From: Monocercomonoides exilis PA203
Lineage: Eukaryota; Protista; Preaxostyla
Assembly: GCA_001643675.2 (NCBI GenBank)
Contig: LSRY02000019.1
Coordinates: 744,001-808,000 of the forward strand
Length of the DNA stretch: 64,000 nucleotides
Direction: 5' to 3'
Below the pieces are notes generated by a model, which saw nothing but the letters and a program-made list of their open reading frames with translations, did not search any database and had not been told where the DNA came from. The position numbers and the translations under genes are program-made. This document shows positions 1 through 12,100 of the stretch, one piece after another (positions within the stretch are counted from its first letter, which is position 1; each line of letters begins with the position of its first letter).

Positions 1-3000
1 AACCCGCCTTTGAGCACAGCTTCTCCTTCTCCTCTTCCACCGCCACCTCCGTCTGCTTTTCTGAACGAGCATCAAAACAGCATTTCGAACAACCCCAACA
101 TGAAGCCAGTTCTGCGCTTGCAGTCTTCATCTCCTTCGTTTTTGCAGAAAAACGAAATCAATTTTTTGGGAGGCATGTCAAATCAGCAGGACGTCTTCTT
201 TCATTCAACGCCGCCTGCTCAGCACTCAAGCTTGCCCCCACCCGCACTCGTGCCTGCACTGCATTCTTCCTTCAAACACCTAAACGATCCGCTAAAGCCT
301 GCTTTTTCATCCAGTCTGCAGCTTCCGCCGCCGCCAAAGCCAGCCAACAGGAGCAGCTCTTTCTCTTCTGCTTCTCAGTCGCCTTCTTTCTTCCCAGGCA
401 GTGTACAGACACCCCGTGATGCATTCTCATTTGCCTCTTCTGTTTCGCCCACAGACTCCGTTTCTGCTTTTCCTGCGCTGAATCCCTCGCCTTCTGCGAC
501 TTCTTCTTCTTTTGCCAATTCTTCTGCTGCTTCTGCTTCCTCTCTCTCTTTGCCTCCTCTCTCAGCACAGTTTCAGTCGAGTTATAGTTCACTTGGAGCT
601 TCACCATCATCATCATCATCATCTTCTTCTTCTTCTTCTTCTTCTTCTTCTTCTTCTTCTTCTTCTTCTTCTTCTTCTTCTTCTTCTTCTTCTTCAGCGT
701 CTTCATCAGCATCATTACCTCCTCCTTCTTCTTTTCCTTCTACCGCTTCTATCTCTACATCTTCCATATTATCTGCCTCTTCCTCTTCCTCTTCATTATC
801 ATTATCTTCCTCCTCCTCCTCTTCTTCCTCCTCTTCTTCCTCCTCTTCTTCCTCCTCTTCCTCTTCCTCTTCCTCTTCCTCTTCTTCTTCTCCTGTCAAC
901 ACATTCCCCGAAGAAGGCATCGCCCGCAACGACTCCGCGCCTCTCCTCCCTACCCCAGTCAACCTGCCTCCTCTGATGCCCTCTCAGCACTTGTCACTGG
1001 GGCCAGCCAAATACACCCGCGATGCCATTGATGCCCTGAACAAGCCTCTGATACTCCCTTACAGTGCTGAGGGACTCACAGACTCTCAGCTGCACGGAAG
1101 GTATCTGCCAGGCGCTGCCAAAGCCAGCCCGCAGGTGAAGATTTCGTTCACTCGCGATTTTTACGACTGCCGAGTGGCATTTGTGCCGCCGTTCATTTAC
1201 TCGCCCGTGAGGATATGTCTGATGGGATCAAGAAGTGCTTTGAATCAGAAGCAGCAGCATTTGAATGTGATGCAAAATGAAGGGGTTCGGTGTTTGGATA
1301 AAGAAAATGGCTGCTCAAATGAAGTGAAATCAAGTGCAGATGAGCAGAACACACTGGAAAGTGGCAACGAAAAGCTAACTGATGTTCCTAACGAATCCTC
1401 AAATACATATTCTACTGCATCATCTACTGCTGCAGACCCGCATGTTTCTGAAGAAGGGAAGAAGATGTCTTCTTCTTCCTCTTCCTCTCCTTCTCCTTCT
1501 CCTTCTTCTTCTGCTGCTGCTGCTGCTGCTATTAATGAGGAATCTGAAACAAGTGATACGCTCTCATTCACACTAGACGAAGTTTTGAAATGGCGTTCCG
1601 ACTGCCATCCTCTTCTTGTCTCCTCGCTTAGTTCAGTCGCCTTGTTCTGCACCACATTCACTGCCATCGACAAAGAGATGGCTGCTGCGAAGCAGGCGAA
1701 GCTGCTATCGCCATCGAGTTATTCAGCTTCTGTCGAGTTTGACAGCATGTTTCGAGGGAAAGATGCGCTGGCGTCGATTGTGAGGGATGTGGAGTATTTT
1801 GAAGGGAAAACAGAAGGGCTGCATATTCGGGTGAGGCCAAGGACGCTGCTGAAGTATATGGATGCTGTTGTGACGTTTCGGAGGTTTGAGCATTTGAAGA
1901 CAGAGAGGAAGAAGGGAGAGGGGAGCGATGAAGATGAAAAGGAGAATGAGAAAGAGAAGGGAAAGGGGAAAGGAAAAGGGAAGGAGAAGGAGAGTGGGAA
2001 GGGGAAAAAGGAGAAGGAAGATAATAATGATGATAATGAAGATGAAGAAAAAGACAAAGAAAAAGAAAAAGCAGAATGTGAAGACAGCCAACCTTCTTCA
2101 TCAAGTTCCTCAGATGGTTCATCAACTCCTCATTCACCAAGCACAAACACAAACACAAACACAAACACTGCATCATCGCTTTTCACTCTTCCATATTCAA
2201 CTTCATCCACTTCCTCCGATCATTCCCACTTTCAATGCCACTCTTGTTCTTTCTTCGCCTTCTCCGTCTTCCATCCACCTCCACTTGGACTGCAATGCCC
2301 CCTCTTCCCTCTGGATGAGCAGGCAGGCATCGGAATCCCCCACATCAAAAAGAACGGCATCGCCCCTGTCACATACTCCCTCAAAAAGAGGTTTTATTCA
2401 CCCTTTGCGAAGAAAGCGCGGAAAGCTGATGTGTTCCGGATGATCTTTATGTGCAAGTCCAGTGAAAGTGGCGAGGCAGAAGCAGCAAAAGAAAAACAAG
2501 GCTCCGTTTTTGATGCGTCGCAGCTGGCAGAGGAAGACTCAGCATTCAAGCACAGTTGCTGTGTGAAGGTGTTCCATGGGCCGTGTGGGAGAAGAGCAAA
2601 CTACAACTACCAGTCAATGGCGTCTGTATGCTCGTTGTCCTTTATGAATGAGAGGAATGCATCATCAGCTCAATCAGCTGCAGGGGATGAGAAAAAAACA
2701 GGAAGGAGTCAGAAGATTAAGCCAATCATACTCACACGCCCTCCGTCGCTGCTGCAGAAGCAGATGAGCATCATCATTGAACCACCGCCGAGACAGAATT
2801 TTCAGCATTCTTCTTCTTCCTCTTCTTCCTCTTCCTCTTCCTCTTCATCATCATCATCTTCCTCTTCCTCTTCTTCCACATTATTTTCTCCTCTTTCTCT
2901 TCAGAATCCATCTCTTAATAGACCAATCGATGCATCTTCAATGAATGAAGCGAATAACAGCGTTGTATCAAATAAACCTCCTTATCCTTCTCCCCCCTTC

Positions 3001-6000
3001 CCAATTCAAGTGCCTTCTTTGCCTTCATTCTCTTCTTCTTCCTCTTCTTCATCTTCTTCTTCTTCATCATCATCATCTTCTTCTTCTTCTTCCTCTTCTT
3101 CTAATTCTTCTTCTTCTTCTTCAGATATTTCATATTCAATCCCTCCAATACAAACTCTTCCTTCTCTCCCCACTCCAGTTGAAATGCCCCATCTTCAGCC
3201 AAACAATCATCTGCCTCTTCAAAACTACAAAAACGAACATTTTGACTCAACTCCACTTAAACAGATAACACATCAAATACCTCAAAGCAATGGACCTTCT
3301 TCTTCTCCCTCTTCCTCTTCTTCTTCTCCCTCTTCCTCTTCTTCTTCTTCCTCTTCTTCTTCTTCCTCTTCTTCTTATTCTTCAAACATTCCATTTTCAC
3401 ATCTCTCTTTAGAGCCACCCAAACAATCACACCCCAACCTCCATCTTTCTCTCCCTCCTGCTCCTCCAACTCCTTCATACTCCTCCTCTTCTTCTTCTTC
3501 TTCAACAACACCTTCTTCTTCTTCTGTTTCTATTTCATTTCCTCTTCCTTCTTCTTCCTCCTCTTCTTCCTCTTCCTCTTATTTTGCTCGCAATGCGCCT
3601 TCTCCCATCGCAATTGGCAATAACCTCACTCACCAAAATATACCTCAACTTCAACTGTCTTCAAATGCTGCTTGTTTTCAGAGCAAAATGAACATATCTT
3701 CTTCTTCTTCCTCTTCTGCTTCTTCTTCTTCCTCCTCCTCCTCATCTTCTTCCTCTTCTGCTTCTGTTATTGCTTCTATTGCCACTCCTCCTTCTGCCGC
3801 TCTTCCTCTCCTTCCTCCTCTTTCGTATCGGAAAGTGCCTTCTCCTTCTTCTGCTTCTTTTGCCTCTTCTTCCACTTTTTCTGCTTCTGCTTCTTCTGCT
3901 TCGCTGCCTCAGCTGCAGCCTACTTTGAGCTCTTCAGCATTTGCATTGGGGACAGAAGCTATTCAAATTTCTGTTTCTCCTGCTCCTCCTCCAATATCAT
4001 CATCATCAGTAACAGCAGCATCATCGTCTTCTTCTTCTTCTTCTTCTTCTTCTTCTTCCTCCTCCTCCTCCTCCTCCTCCTCTACCTCCTCTCTCCCCAC
4101 CACAAATTCATCCACCTTAACTGACACCCCATCCATTGCCTCTACCCCCAGCATCACTTCACCCGAAAATTCTCCATCTCATCTCAACTTCCACTTCAAC
4201 CCTTCCTTCTCTGGTGTACCTTCGCCTTCTGCTGCTTTCTCTATTTCCTCTGCTTCATTGTCTGCTTCGACAGCTTCATTGCCTATTGCTTCTACATCTT
4301 CGTCTTCATCATCATCATCATCATCTTCTTCTTCTCTTTCTCCTTCCATTTATCATCTTGCTTCTCTTTCTCCCTCCGCCTCTTCTTCCATTGTCATCCC
4401 TTCTGCAAACATTCCTTCTTCTTTTTCACAGCTTAACCCTTCGCCTTATCAATCTGCACCTCTTCCATCTTCTTCTTCTATTTCTTCTGCTTCTTCTTCT
4501 TCCTCTTCCTCTTCTTCCTCTTCTTCCTCTTCTTCCTCTTCTTCAACATCAACAAACAATTTAAACCCAACTCTTTCATTGCCTTCTTCTGCTGCCCTTT
4601 CCTTCTACCCTGCTGCCACTTCTCTCAGCATGCCCCACCTCCTCAGCCCAACTTTTCCTATCCCAACTTCTGCTGCTGCTTTAAACTCTTCTTCTTCTTC
4701 TTCTTCTTCTTTGAATCCATCTTCTTTGAATTCTTCTGCTTCTGCTTCTGCTTCTGCCTCTATTTCTTCAGCATCCGCACTGCAGATGCTGACTGACAGC
4801 CAAAGAAACAGCATTTCTTCATACATTTCATCGAATTTCCTGTCTTCCCCTATCTTCCAGCAGCTTTCGCTCTCTCAGCCAAACACAAACAATAACGCAA
4901 ATGTCACCAATTCTATAACCTCTACCACTCCTCCTCTGATATCTATCCCTCAAATCCCTTCTGCTTCTTCTTCCTCCTCCTCTTCTTCCTCTTCTTCTTC
5001 CTCTCTTCCTTCTGCTTCTTCTTCTGCTGCTTTAGTACTCCCCCACACGTTACTCTCCCCCTTGCCCTTGCAGCAGATGAACTTCCTTCCTCTGTCTCCT
5101 CAGCCAAACGAGCCACATGCCTTCACTCAGTTTCTGGCATCTCAACAACAGCAGCAGCAGCTATCACAACAGTCGCAACAACAACCTCAACAGCATCAAG
5201 TGTTGTATCCACTACAAATGCTGGCTGATCTGCAGAATGCGCAGTCAGCTGACAGAAGAGCATCTTTGTGTCTAATCCAACCAGCTGCTATTAATCAGAC
5301 ACAACAACAACAACAATTGCAATTACAACAGCAACTTCAATCACAGCAGATACAACTGCAGTTGCCACCTCAGCCTCAATATCAGCCTCAGCAACCTCAA
5401 CAACTGATAGAGGATCTGAAGATTCCCTTCCAACTGTCAATTTCTCGTTCCAACAGCATTCCAGACACAGAAATCAAAGAAGACGAACAAAAACAACAAC
5501 AACTTCAGCAACTTCAGCAGCAGCAGCAACCACAACAACCACAGCCGATTCTGTCCAGACTGCCCGGCAAAGCAGAGAATGATGTCAGCCATAGCAGCAG
5601 CAGCCTCACGCTGCAGATTCCGCAGCTGGTGCGCTCCAGTTCTGCCCCGTCGCTTTCTGAGCTGGAGCCATTTTTAGAGCAGAAAGAGGAGCAAAGAAAG
5701 ATAACAGCAGAAGAGAACGAGTATCTGAGGGAGTATCTGAATGAGAATGAGAACGAGAATGAATGTTCCAGTGCCACTGCCCACTCGTCGTCTGCTGCTG
5801 GACGCTACTTGCTCTCTGCCACTTCACGCCATTCGGTGCTGTCGAATGCCTCAAGCGCCTTCAGTGAGTTTACTTCTTCCACTCATTCATCATCCTCCTC
5901 CTCTTCTTCTTCTTGTGCTTCTTCTGCATCCACTGCCTCTTCCTCTTCCTCTTCCTTTGCTGTTACCTCAACCAGTTCCCAGCTGCTCTCCACACAGTCC

Positions 6001-7929
6001 TCCATCACCTCCCTCACCTCCACCAGCTCCCTGTCCCTCCACCGCTCCTCAAACTCTTCCTATTCTCGTTCCCAGCACAACACAAGATTCGCCACTCACA
6101 CACACCACGTGGATGAGTCACCCCATTCAGACTCAGAGCTTTCTGATGAGTCAGTCCGCACGCTTTCCACAGCAGGCGATTTGGATGATGAGCTGCTGAA
6201 AGGTGCTGCTTCTCCTGTGGATGCGTCGTCTCAGAACAAAACAGAGTCGCATTCGTATCTGTCGTCAGAACTGACCCCTCACTCGGTACATATGAGTGAT
6301 TGCTCGTTTGCAGACGAGCTGAATTTTGAGGAGGAGCGGGAGAGTCGAAGAGAAGAGAAGCATTCTTCGGTGGGGGCACATGGAAGAGGAGTTAGGCATG
6401 CACAGAAGAAGATGCAAAGGATGATGGAGAGAGCAGCCAATGGATTGGGCAGAGTTGAAGATGTGAATCAGACTATGCACATTGTGGATGGCTTGTCTTC
6501 AGCCCAATTGAACTACCAATCAAAGAGCGGAGAAAAGAAAGACATCGGTTTTGAGGAAAAAGGAGAAGGAGAAGAAAGTCAAGTGGACTGGTTTGATATG
6601 CAGATGCCGAGTGCAGCTTCGAACAAAAGCAACATCAGATATCAGGAGCCTTACAAGCACAACACTTCAACATCGTTCTTCCAGTCACCGCTTTTGCACG
6701 ATGATGCTCTCTACATAGCACAGGAAGGCAGGAAATCCAGATCGCATTCAATTTCTTATACGTTTTCTCCTTCTTTGTCCTCCTCTTCAACATCATCAAC
6801 ATCAAGTCCTTCCACTTCCACTTCTTCATCCTCTTCCTCTTCATCCTCTTCCTCCTCCACCACAAACTCAATGACCTCTCCTTCATCTTCCACACCAGCC
6901 AAAAGCGGAGCATCTGACTCGACTGCTTCGTCATCTCCGCTTCTCCCAGGAAACTATCTAGCAGCAGGCGAAGAGACATTCGTGCACAGCTCACTGGAGA
7001 ACGAAGAAGGCCGCTCGTTCGGCAGCTCCACAGACCAGACACTCAACTTCGATTCGAGCGAGGAGCTGAACAATGGCAGGGGATCTTACAGCATCAAAAG
7101 CAGCAACCACAGTTTCGAAGGGGTGGACTCAGTGAATCTGCACTCGCTCGCTGACAGCTCGTTTCTGGACGCGTCGCAGTTCATCCAGCGGCTGGACTCT
7201 GCCCAGTCAACATCCTCTGCCTCGCTTATATCCTCAGTGCGTGCCGAGCTTTTCTATGAGAACTCAGACACGTCTGTGCTGAATCCAGACACTTCTGTGT
7301 GTTCGTTTACCTCTACTGACTTGGCATACCCTGGTGACTCGCTCTATTTCACCTCTTCCTCAACACTTGCCTGCCACAATTCTGAGTCAAGCACACCTCA
7401 ACAACAGCAGCCCCACCACCAACAACAGATGCAGCTACCTTTGCAGCTTCCACTACAGCAGCAGCAGCTGATCTGTTCACCTTCACAGTGCCCTGCTCCT
7501 GACGATGAGCAGTCATTCTCTTCTCTTTCAGCCAACATTCTGCCGAACATGACACCGACACCCCGGCTCAAGTGCAGGTCTTTCTCTGAGACACGCTATC
7601 CTCCTATAGACGATACCTCAGATGCATCCGATGAGCAGCTTTTGCCTTCTGATCAGCAGCTGACCACACACAACACACAGACTGATGTTCTGAGTGAAAG
7701 CAGGCAGAACTCTTCTATCACTGCACAGATGTCTTCACCTCTCCGAATGTCGACTTCACGCGACCTGACTTTTTGTTCAACGTCGCCTTATCCCCAGTCA
7801 TCCTCCTATCATTCACCCGATGACCAGACTGACCACACTTCTCCTCCTCCTCCTCCTTCCCCTGCCCCTCTCTCTTCTACTTCAACTGACAATCCTTCTG
7901 ACATTCCAACTGTATCTCAACAATTTTGA
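1..7929 (+). CDS. Giant low-complexity Ser/Pro/Gln-rich protein of unknown function, 5'-truncated (one exon of at least 7.9 kb)
   Basis: Frame 1 is open from position 1 to TGA at 7927-7929. The ORF-track start at 10 is a TTG, so the true start is probably upstream of the window. Poly-Ser tracts use TCT/TCC/TCA, there are poly-Gln tracts, and GC drops sharply after the stop. Confidence 0.8.
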   Translation, partial: NPPLSTASPSPLPPPPPSAFLNEHQNSISNNPNMKPVLRLQSSSPSFLQKNEINFLGGMSNQQDVFFHSTPPAQHSSLPPPALVPALHSSFKHLNDPLKPAFSSSLQLPPPPKPANRSSSFSSASQSPSFFPGSVQTPRDAFSFASSVSPTDSVSAFPALNPSPSATSSSFANSSAASASSLSLPPLSAQFQSSYSSLGASPSSSSSSSSSSSSSSSSSSSSSSSSSSSSSSASSSASLPPPSSFPSTASISTSSILSASSSSSSLSLSSSSSSSSSSSSSSSSSSSSSSSSSSSSSPVNTFPEEGIARNDSAPLLPTPVNLPPLMPSQHLSLGPAKYTRDAIDALNKPLILPYSAEGLTDSQLHGRYLPGAAKASPQVKISFTRDFYDCRVAFVPPFIYSPVRICLMGSRSALNQKQQHLNVMQNEGVRCLDKENGCSNEVKSSADEQNTLESGNEKLTDVPNESSNTYSTASSTAADPHVSEEGKKMSSSSSSSPSPSPSSSAAAAAAINEESETSDTLSFTLDEVLKWRSDCHPLLVSSLSSVALFCTTFTAIDKEMAAAKQAKLLSPSSYSASVEFDSMFRGKDALASIVRDVEYFEGKTEGLHIRVRPRTLLKYMDAVVTFRRFEHLKTERKKGEGSDEDEKENEKEKGKGKGKGKEKESGKGKKEKEDNNDDNEDEEKDKEKEKAECEDSQPSSSSSSDGSSTPHSPSTNTNTNTNTASSLFTLPYSTSSTSSDHSHFQCHSCSFFAFSVFHPPPLGLQCPLFPLDEQAGIGIPHIKKNGIAPVTYSLKKRFYSPFAKKARKADVFRMIFMCKSSESGEAEAAKEKQGSVFDASQLAEEDSAFKHSCCVKVFHGPCGRRANYNYQSMASVCSLSFMNERNASSAQSAAGDEKKTGRSQKIKPIILTRPPSLLQKQMSIIIEPPPRQNFQHSSSSSSSSSSSSSSSSSSSSSSSTLFSPLSLQNPSLNRPIDASSMNEANNSVVSNKPPYPSPPFPIQVPSLPSFSSSSSSSSSSSSSSSSSSSSSSSSNSSSSSSDISYSIPPIQTLPSLPTPVEMPHLQPNNHLPLQNYKNEHFDSTPLKQITHQIPQSNGPSSSPSSSSSSPSSSSSSSSSSSSSSSYSSNIPFSHLSLEPPKQSHPNLHLSLPPAPPTPSYSSSSSSSSTTPSSSSVSISFPLPSSSSSSSSSSYFARNAPSPIAIGNNLTHQNIPQLQLSSNAACFQSKMNISSSSSSSASSSSSSSSSSSSSASVIASIATPPSAALPLLPPLSYRKVPSPSSASFASSSTFSASASSASLPQLQPTLSSSAFALGTEAIQISVSPAPPPISSSSVTAASSSSSSSSSSSSSSSSSSSSSTSSLPTTNSSTLTDTPSIASTPSITSPENSPSHLNFHFNPSFSGVPSPSAAFSISSASLSASTASLPIASTSSSSSSSSSSSSSLSPSIYHLASLSPSASSSIVIPSANIPSSFSQLNPSPYQSAPLPSSSSISSASSSSSSSSSSSSSSSSSSTSTNNLNPTLSLPSSAALSFYPAATSLSMPHLLSPTFPIPTSAAALNSSSSSSSSLNPSSLNSSASASASASISSASALQMLTDSQRNSISSYISSNFLSSPIFQQLSLSQPNTNNNANVTNSITSTTPPLISIPQIPSASSSSSSSSSSSSSLPSASSSAALVLPHTLLSPLPLQQMNFLPLSPQPNEPHAFTQFLASQQQQQQLSQQSQQQPQQHQVLYPLQMLADLQNAQSADRRASLCLIQPAAINQTQQQQQLQLQQQLQSQQIQLQLPPQPQYQPQQPQQLIEDLKIPFQLSISRSNSIPDTEIKEDEQKQQQLQQLQQQQQPQQPQPILSRLPGKAENDVSHSSSSLTLQIPQLVRSSSAPSLSELEPFLEQKEEQRKITAEENEYLREYLNENENENECSSATAHSSSAAGRYLLSATSRHSVLSNASSAFSEFTSSTHSSSSSSSSSCASSASTASSSSSSFAVTSTSSQLLSTQSSITSLTSTSSLSLHRSSNSSYSRSQHNTRFATHTHHVDESPHSDSELSDESVRTLSTAGDLDDELLKGAASPVDASSQNKTESHSYLSSELTPHSVHMSDCSFADELNFEEERESRREEKHSSVGAHGRGVRHAQKKMQRMMERAANGLGRVEDVNQTMHIVDGLSSAQLNYQSKSGEKKDIGFEEKGEGEESQVDWFDMQMPSAASNKSNIRYQEPYKHNTSTSFFQSPLLHDDALYIAQEGRKSRSHSISYTFSPSLSSSSTSSTSSPSTSTSSSSSSSSSSSSTTNSMTSPSSSTPAKSGASDSTASSSPLLPGNYLAAGEETFVHSSLENEEGRSFGSSTDQTLNFDSSEELNNGRGSYSIKSSNHSFEGVDSVNLHSLADSSFLDASQFIQRLDSAQSTSSASLISSVRAELFYENSDTSVLNPDTSVCSFTSTDLAYPGDSLYFTSSSTLACHNSESSTPQQQQPHHQQQMQLPLQLPLQQQQLICSPSQCPAPDDEQSFSSLSANILPNMTPTPRLKCRSFSETRYPPIDDTSDASDEQLLPSDQQLTTHNTQTDVLSESRQNSSITAQMSSPLRMSTSRDLTFCSTSPYPQSSSYHSPDDQTDHTSPPPPPSPAPLSSTSTDNPSDIPTVSQQF

Positions 7930-7970
7930 AACTTATTTTTGGCTTTTGCCTTTTATTATTATTGTTGTTG

Positions 7971-8010
7971 TTTGGTTTTGTTTTGTTTTGTTTTGTTTTG
8001 TTTTGTTTTT
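7971..8010. repeat. (TTTTG)n microsatellite in the 3' UTR
   Basis: Tandem ttttg units seen directly. Confidence 0.85.
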
Positions 8011-9101
8011 AGAAATATATTTGTGCATCAGTTTTATTTGTTTGTATTTCAATATTTAAATTGATATTCACAAACGGATGGTTGTATGTTATTTCAATAG
8101 TCTTGTCTTAATTTAAGAGATTGTGTAACTTGACGTTCATACACGTTTGGCATTAAAAACACGTCTTAACAGAGTTATAAGACTAATTCTGTGTCAACTT
8201 AAATATTTTGATTTTGATTTCCATTTCCTTTCAGAGTTAAAGCTTTTTTATATATATTTTTATAGAATATTTCATTTCCGAGGCTATTTGTTTCCGAAAT
8301 GAATACAATTTATCTTAATTTTTTTTTTTGAAATTCGTACTCCGTAATCTTATCTAATCTTATCTTTTTGTGTCTTTCCTAATAAATTAGACGGAGGCTA
8401 ATTTGTTTTGTTTCTTCAATGTATTTCACAGATCTTAGGCAAGTGGGATTGACTTTTATTTTCTTTTTTTTATCTTTTATTTTCATTTTCAAATACACCC
8501 CTGTATTTTTGGAAGGGTCTGTATTAGCTCGCATAAGGCTTGCCTAACTATCAGCAATATTTCTGTGTGTATTCTTCAATTTTTTAGCTGTTTGTAAATA
8601 TATGTTTTAAATGTTCTATCGCTTTCTTGTTTGCTTTGATTCGAGCGTGTCTTATATATCATTTGCATTTGTTCGAAAGTATTAATTTTCATTGACGTTT
8701 TTTTTATAAGTTCACGAGTAAAATCTTGTTCTTATGAAAGCCTTTTCATATGTTGCTTTATTGAAGAACTTTTTTTTATTTTTCATTTATATTACTGATT
8801 ATTTTTTAAAGTATTTTTGAATGAGAATTGAAAGAACATATTCTTTCAGTAAAGCAATTTGCTTTTTAAGAATCAAAGATAGACATTTAAAGAAGTATCC
8901 TCTCTTATCAGTGAATCAAAAAGATGTGAAATGTGGGTGAACCAGTAATTTTTGGAGAAAGTGAGAATGGTCTCCAAAAAAAAGCTCTCAAAACAGGATA
9001 AACCATTCATGACTATATCATAAATGTAATAGACTACATAACGACGAAAAAAATGCTAATAAATAATTTTTTTTTTTTTTGTGTTTGCTCAATATTTCTA
9101 T

Positions 9102-12100
9102 TTAATACGACCAGAGTGGCTTGAGCATCCGCGCAGCTGTGTTTTTCACAAGAACGTTTCCATCTCTCAAAAGAGCAGATATTGCCTTGATTGCTTGTTC
9201 AGTAGGCAGCCTCTTTCTCTCTTCCTTCGGAATATACTCCAAAATATACCCAACCATCTGGCACGCTGCAATTTTCGTTGCTGGAGGCTTGTCTCCACCC
9301 AGCAGAGCAGCAAGAGCAGACACAAACTGCCCAAGACGCTCCAAAAACAGCGTGATAAGCACCTTCGCAAAAGTTGAATACAAAGTTTCGGTGCATCTGT
9401 CATCCTTTGCCAAATCTGTGTCCTTCGCAAACACAGAAGATGCAGTGCAGAACGAAACAAGAGGGGACTGTGTTGCTCCTCCGCTCAACAATAGAGACAC
9501 TCTCTTCAGCCAAATGCGTGCTGCTTTTCTGGGCTGTGCAAACTTGTCACTCAACATCACTGCTATGTATGGCAAGGCCACATGCATCTGTTCCATATAT
9601 TGATGGCCACTCACTCCTTTGCCAAATCTACTCAGGCACGCTAACACACCACACCCGCTGCATTTGAGCTGAGGAGAGTTTAAGCGCTGTGTGGCGAGGT
9701 TCCGTCCAGCCACGCAGATGGTGATGAGCATCGGAGAAACGGAGATTTCGTCCAGTGAAGATGACATCAGCATCCGGCGCAGTGAAAGTGCAGATATTCG
9801 AGCACAGCCCATGTCTGCATCGTCACAGCCTCTGCACATGGCAGCCAGAATGGAAGCTGCCAGTGTGTTCAGAATTCTCGCTCCTCTTTGCATTTTCAGT
9901 TCATCTGCGTTTTCATCTTCATTCTCCTCTCCTGATTTGCCTCTTTGTGATTTTCCCAACACATGCGGTGACTGGAGTTCAGTAAGAGGATCAGAATTGA
10001 ATGGAATCTGCTGCGAGAAGCACGCAGGAGCCAAGTAGCTGAGCCCTTCCAATGTCATCCTTCTGATTCTGATGATATCGTCTGAGGTGCGAGACAACAG
10101 TGCATCAGAAACACGCGAGATCAGCTTGGAGGCGAAGTCTGGGTCCTTCAGGGCGTCTGAGGGATGGCCTGGAACAGGCTGTGGGTTTGTATCGAGGAAG
10201 TACTTCAAGTGAGGCACCATTCCGACCACAAGAGCCAACGCGCCCAGTCTCTGGGCAGGGAATGTGGATGACAACAGAGGCACTGCAAGATCAATGACAC
10301 CTGGTGCAATGAAGGGGTGGGTGGCTGCCACGCGGCATGCATACGCAAAGATGAAGTGGTCGAAAGAGGATTTATCTGCAATCACCTGCCAACGGTTGTA
10401 TGGCGGCGATGCAATGAACGAAGGATCAACATCCGGGTCGCCTTTCGATCCGCCCTTCTTTTTATCTTTTTCGTTGGGCAATGGAGCACCTGACTTGAAG
10501 GCCTGCTTCTTCTTCTGCACATCTTCTATTGTGTCTGACTCAGAAATTCGATCCACCTCGTCCATCTTGAACACGTTGGGATAAGCTAAACAATCGATTA
10601 ACTCTGGCTGCCCAACATGATTAAGCACTCCACGCAGAGCAGTGGCAACCTTTAAAATTTAAAGAAAATGTTCAATTATTTAAAAAAAGGATATAAAGCA
10701 AAAAATAAATGAATATAAAAAAAGAGATTTTTAAAAAATAATAATATCATACGGTTTTCAGTGCTTCGAGGTTGTTCTCGCAGACCATCAGCGTTGAAAG
10801 CTGGATGAGAAGAGCAGCAACAATAGCAGGCAGATGCTCGTTCAAAAAGGCCTCCTCCAACACTTTGTTCTTCATTGATGTTGGAATTGTCACGACTGAA
10901 TTAGGTGCCTGTTTAGCAGTTGGATCACAGGCAGATCTGGCAGAAAGCACAGATGCCAGCGCATTCACAGCCATCTGCGGGCGAGAAAGAGGGTAGTAAT
11001 GCACACCGTCCTTCAGATGCTTCGTCTCAAACTGCTCAGCGCCACACAGGATTGACAGCACAAGTCTCATAAACTTCGACGAAGGTGCGATGGGCGAGGC
11101 AGCACCAACTGCAAAGCATAGTTTTGATTGGGTAACTCTTTCAGACACGCTCATCGACAGCAGCGCATCAAACATGATGGACGGGTGGTGGTTGCACAGG
11201 CAGCTCACACAGTTCAGCAGCTGTTCTTCGACAGGTGCATCAAGCTCTTTCATTGGAGAGAAGAGCAAGCTGCCTGCATAAATCGATGGAGAAGAGGGTT
11301 TCCAATGTGTTGGGTCAACATTGGAAGTAGAGGAAGAAGAAGCCGAACTTGTCTGTCCCATCATTGAGTTCACTCTTTTGTTCTCTCGAAGCTGCTGCTG
11401 TTCCAGATGCACTGCATATGCTTGTGCAGGTGATTCTTTCCCGCTGAGTGTGGCATTGAATGGTGTGAGGCAATCCACACAGCGACGGAAGAGGAGCTCA
11501 ACAGCCGATGGTGGGAATGAGAAGCCAATCACCTGGATCATCCTGAATGCAAGCATCAAGGATAGGACAGAACCCTGCACAGTTGGGTCGTTTGCACCGC
11601 AGAGGATCAAAGAGTGCACAAGATCGATCTGCTCAGAAACAGGCAGGCACTGAGAGAAGTGTGTTGTCAATCTGGAGGATATGAAGATGCTGAGGGTGGC
11701 TGAGTACTTCTGTTTCTCTCCGCTGCGTGGATGCACCACATCGATCTCTCCTTTGTCTTCCCACGCCACCACATCCTTCCTCATCGCTGCAACATCCACA
11801 ATCTCAGCTGTTGGGGACACATCAAAGCCAAGTGCTGGATCTGTCTTCAGAATGTGATCCACATACAGTGACAATCCCACGCTATCACATCCGCTCTTCC
11901 TCACATCTGGGCGTGTATCTCCACATCGTCCTATCAGCAGCCCCATAATTGTTCCTATCCCTTTGAAGCAATTCTCCTGTATGGTTGAGCCAAGTCTCAC
12001 TCCTCCTGTCTTCCCAGCATCTGTCTGTGTCTGCTCTTGTTCTGCTGTTTGTGTGACGAATGCTCGAACAATCGCATCGTATGAGCTGAGTGCTCCTTTC

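Noticed and set aside
272-6480. Many antisense or alternate-frame ORFs rich in Glu, Lys or Leu
   Set aside because: They are shadows of poly-Ser TCN repeats in the main ORF.
8890-8980. Partial U2-like stretch (AGTATC...TCTTATCAGT) and an Sm-like AATTTTTGGAG
   Set aside because: The GUAGUA branch motif and stem IIa are absent, and the Sm-like site sits in a 10-bp hairpin. It is probably chance in AT-rich UTR; an Infernal search would settle it.
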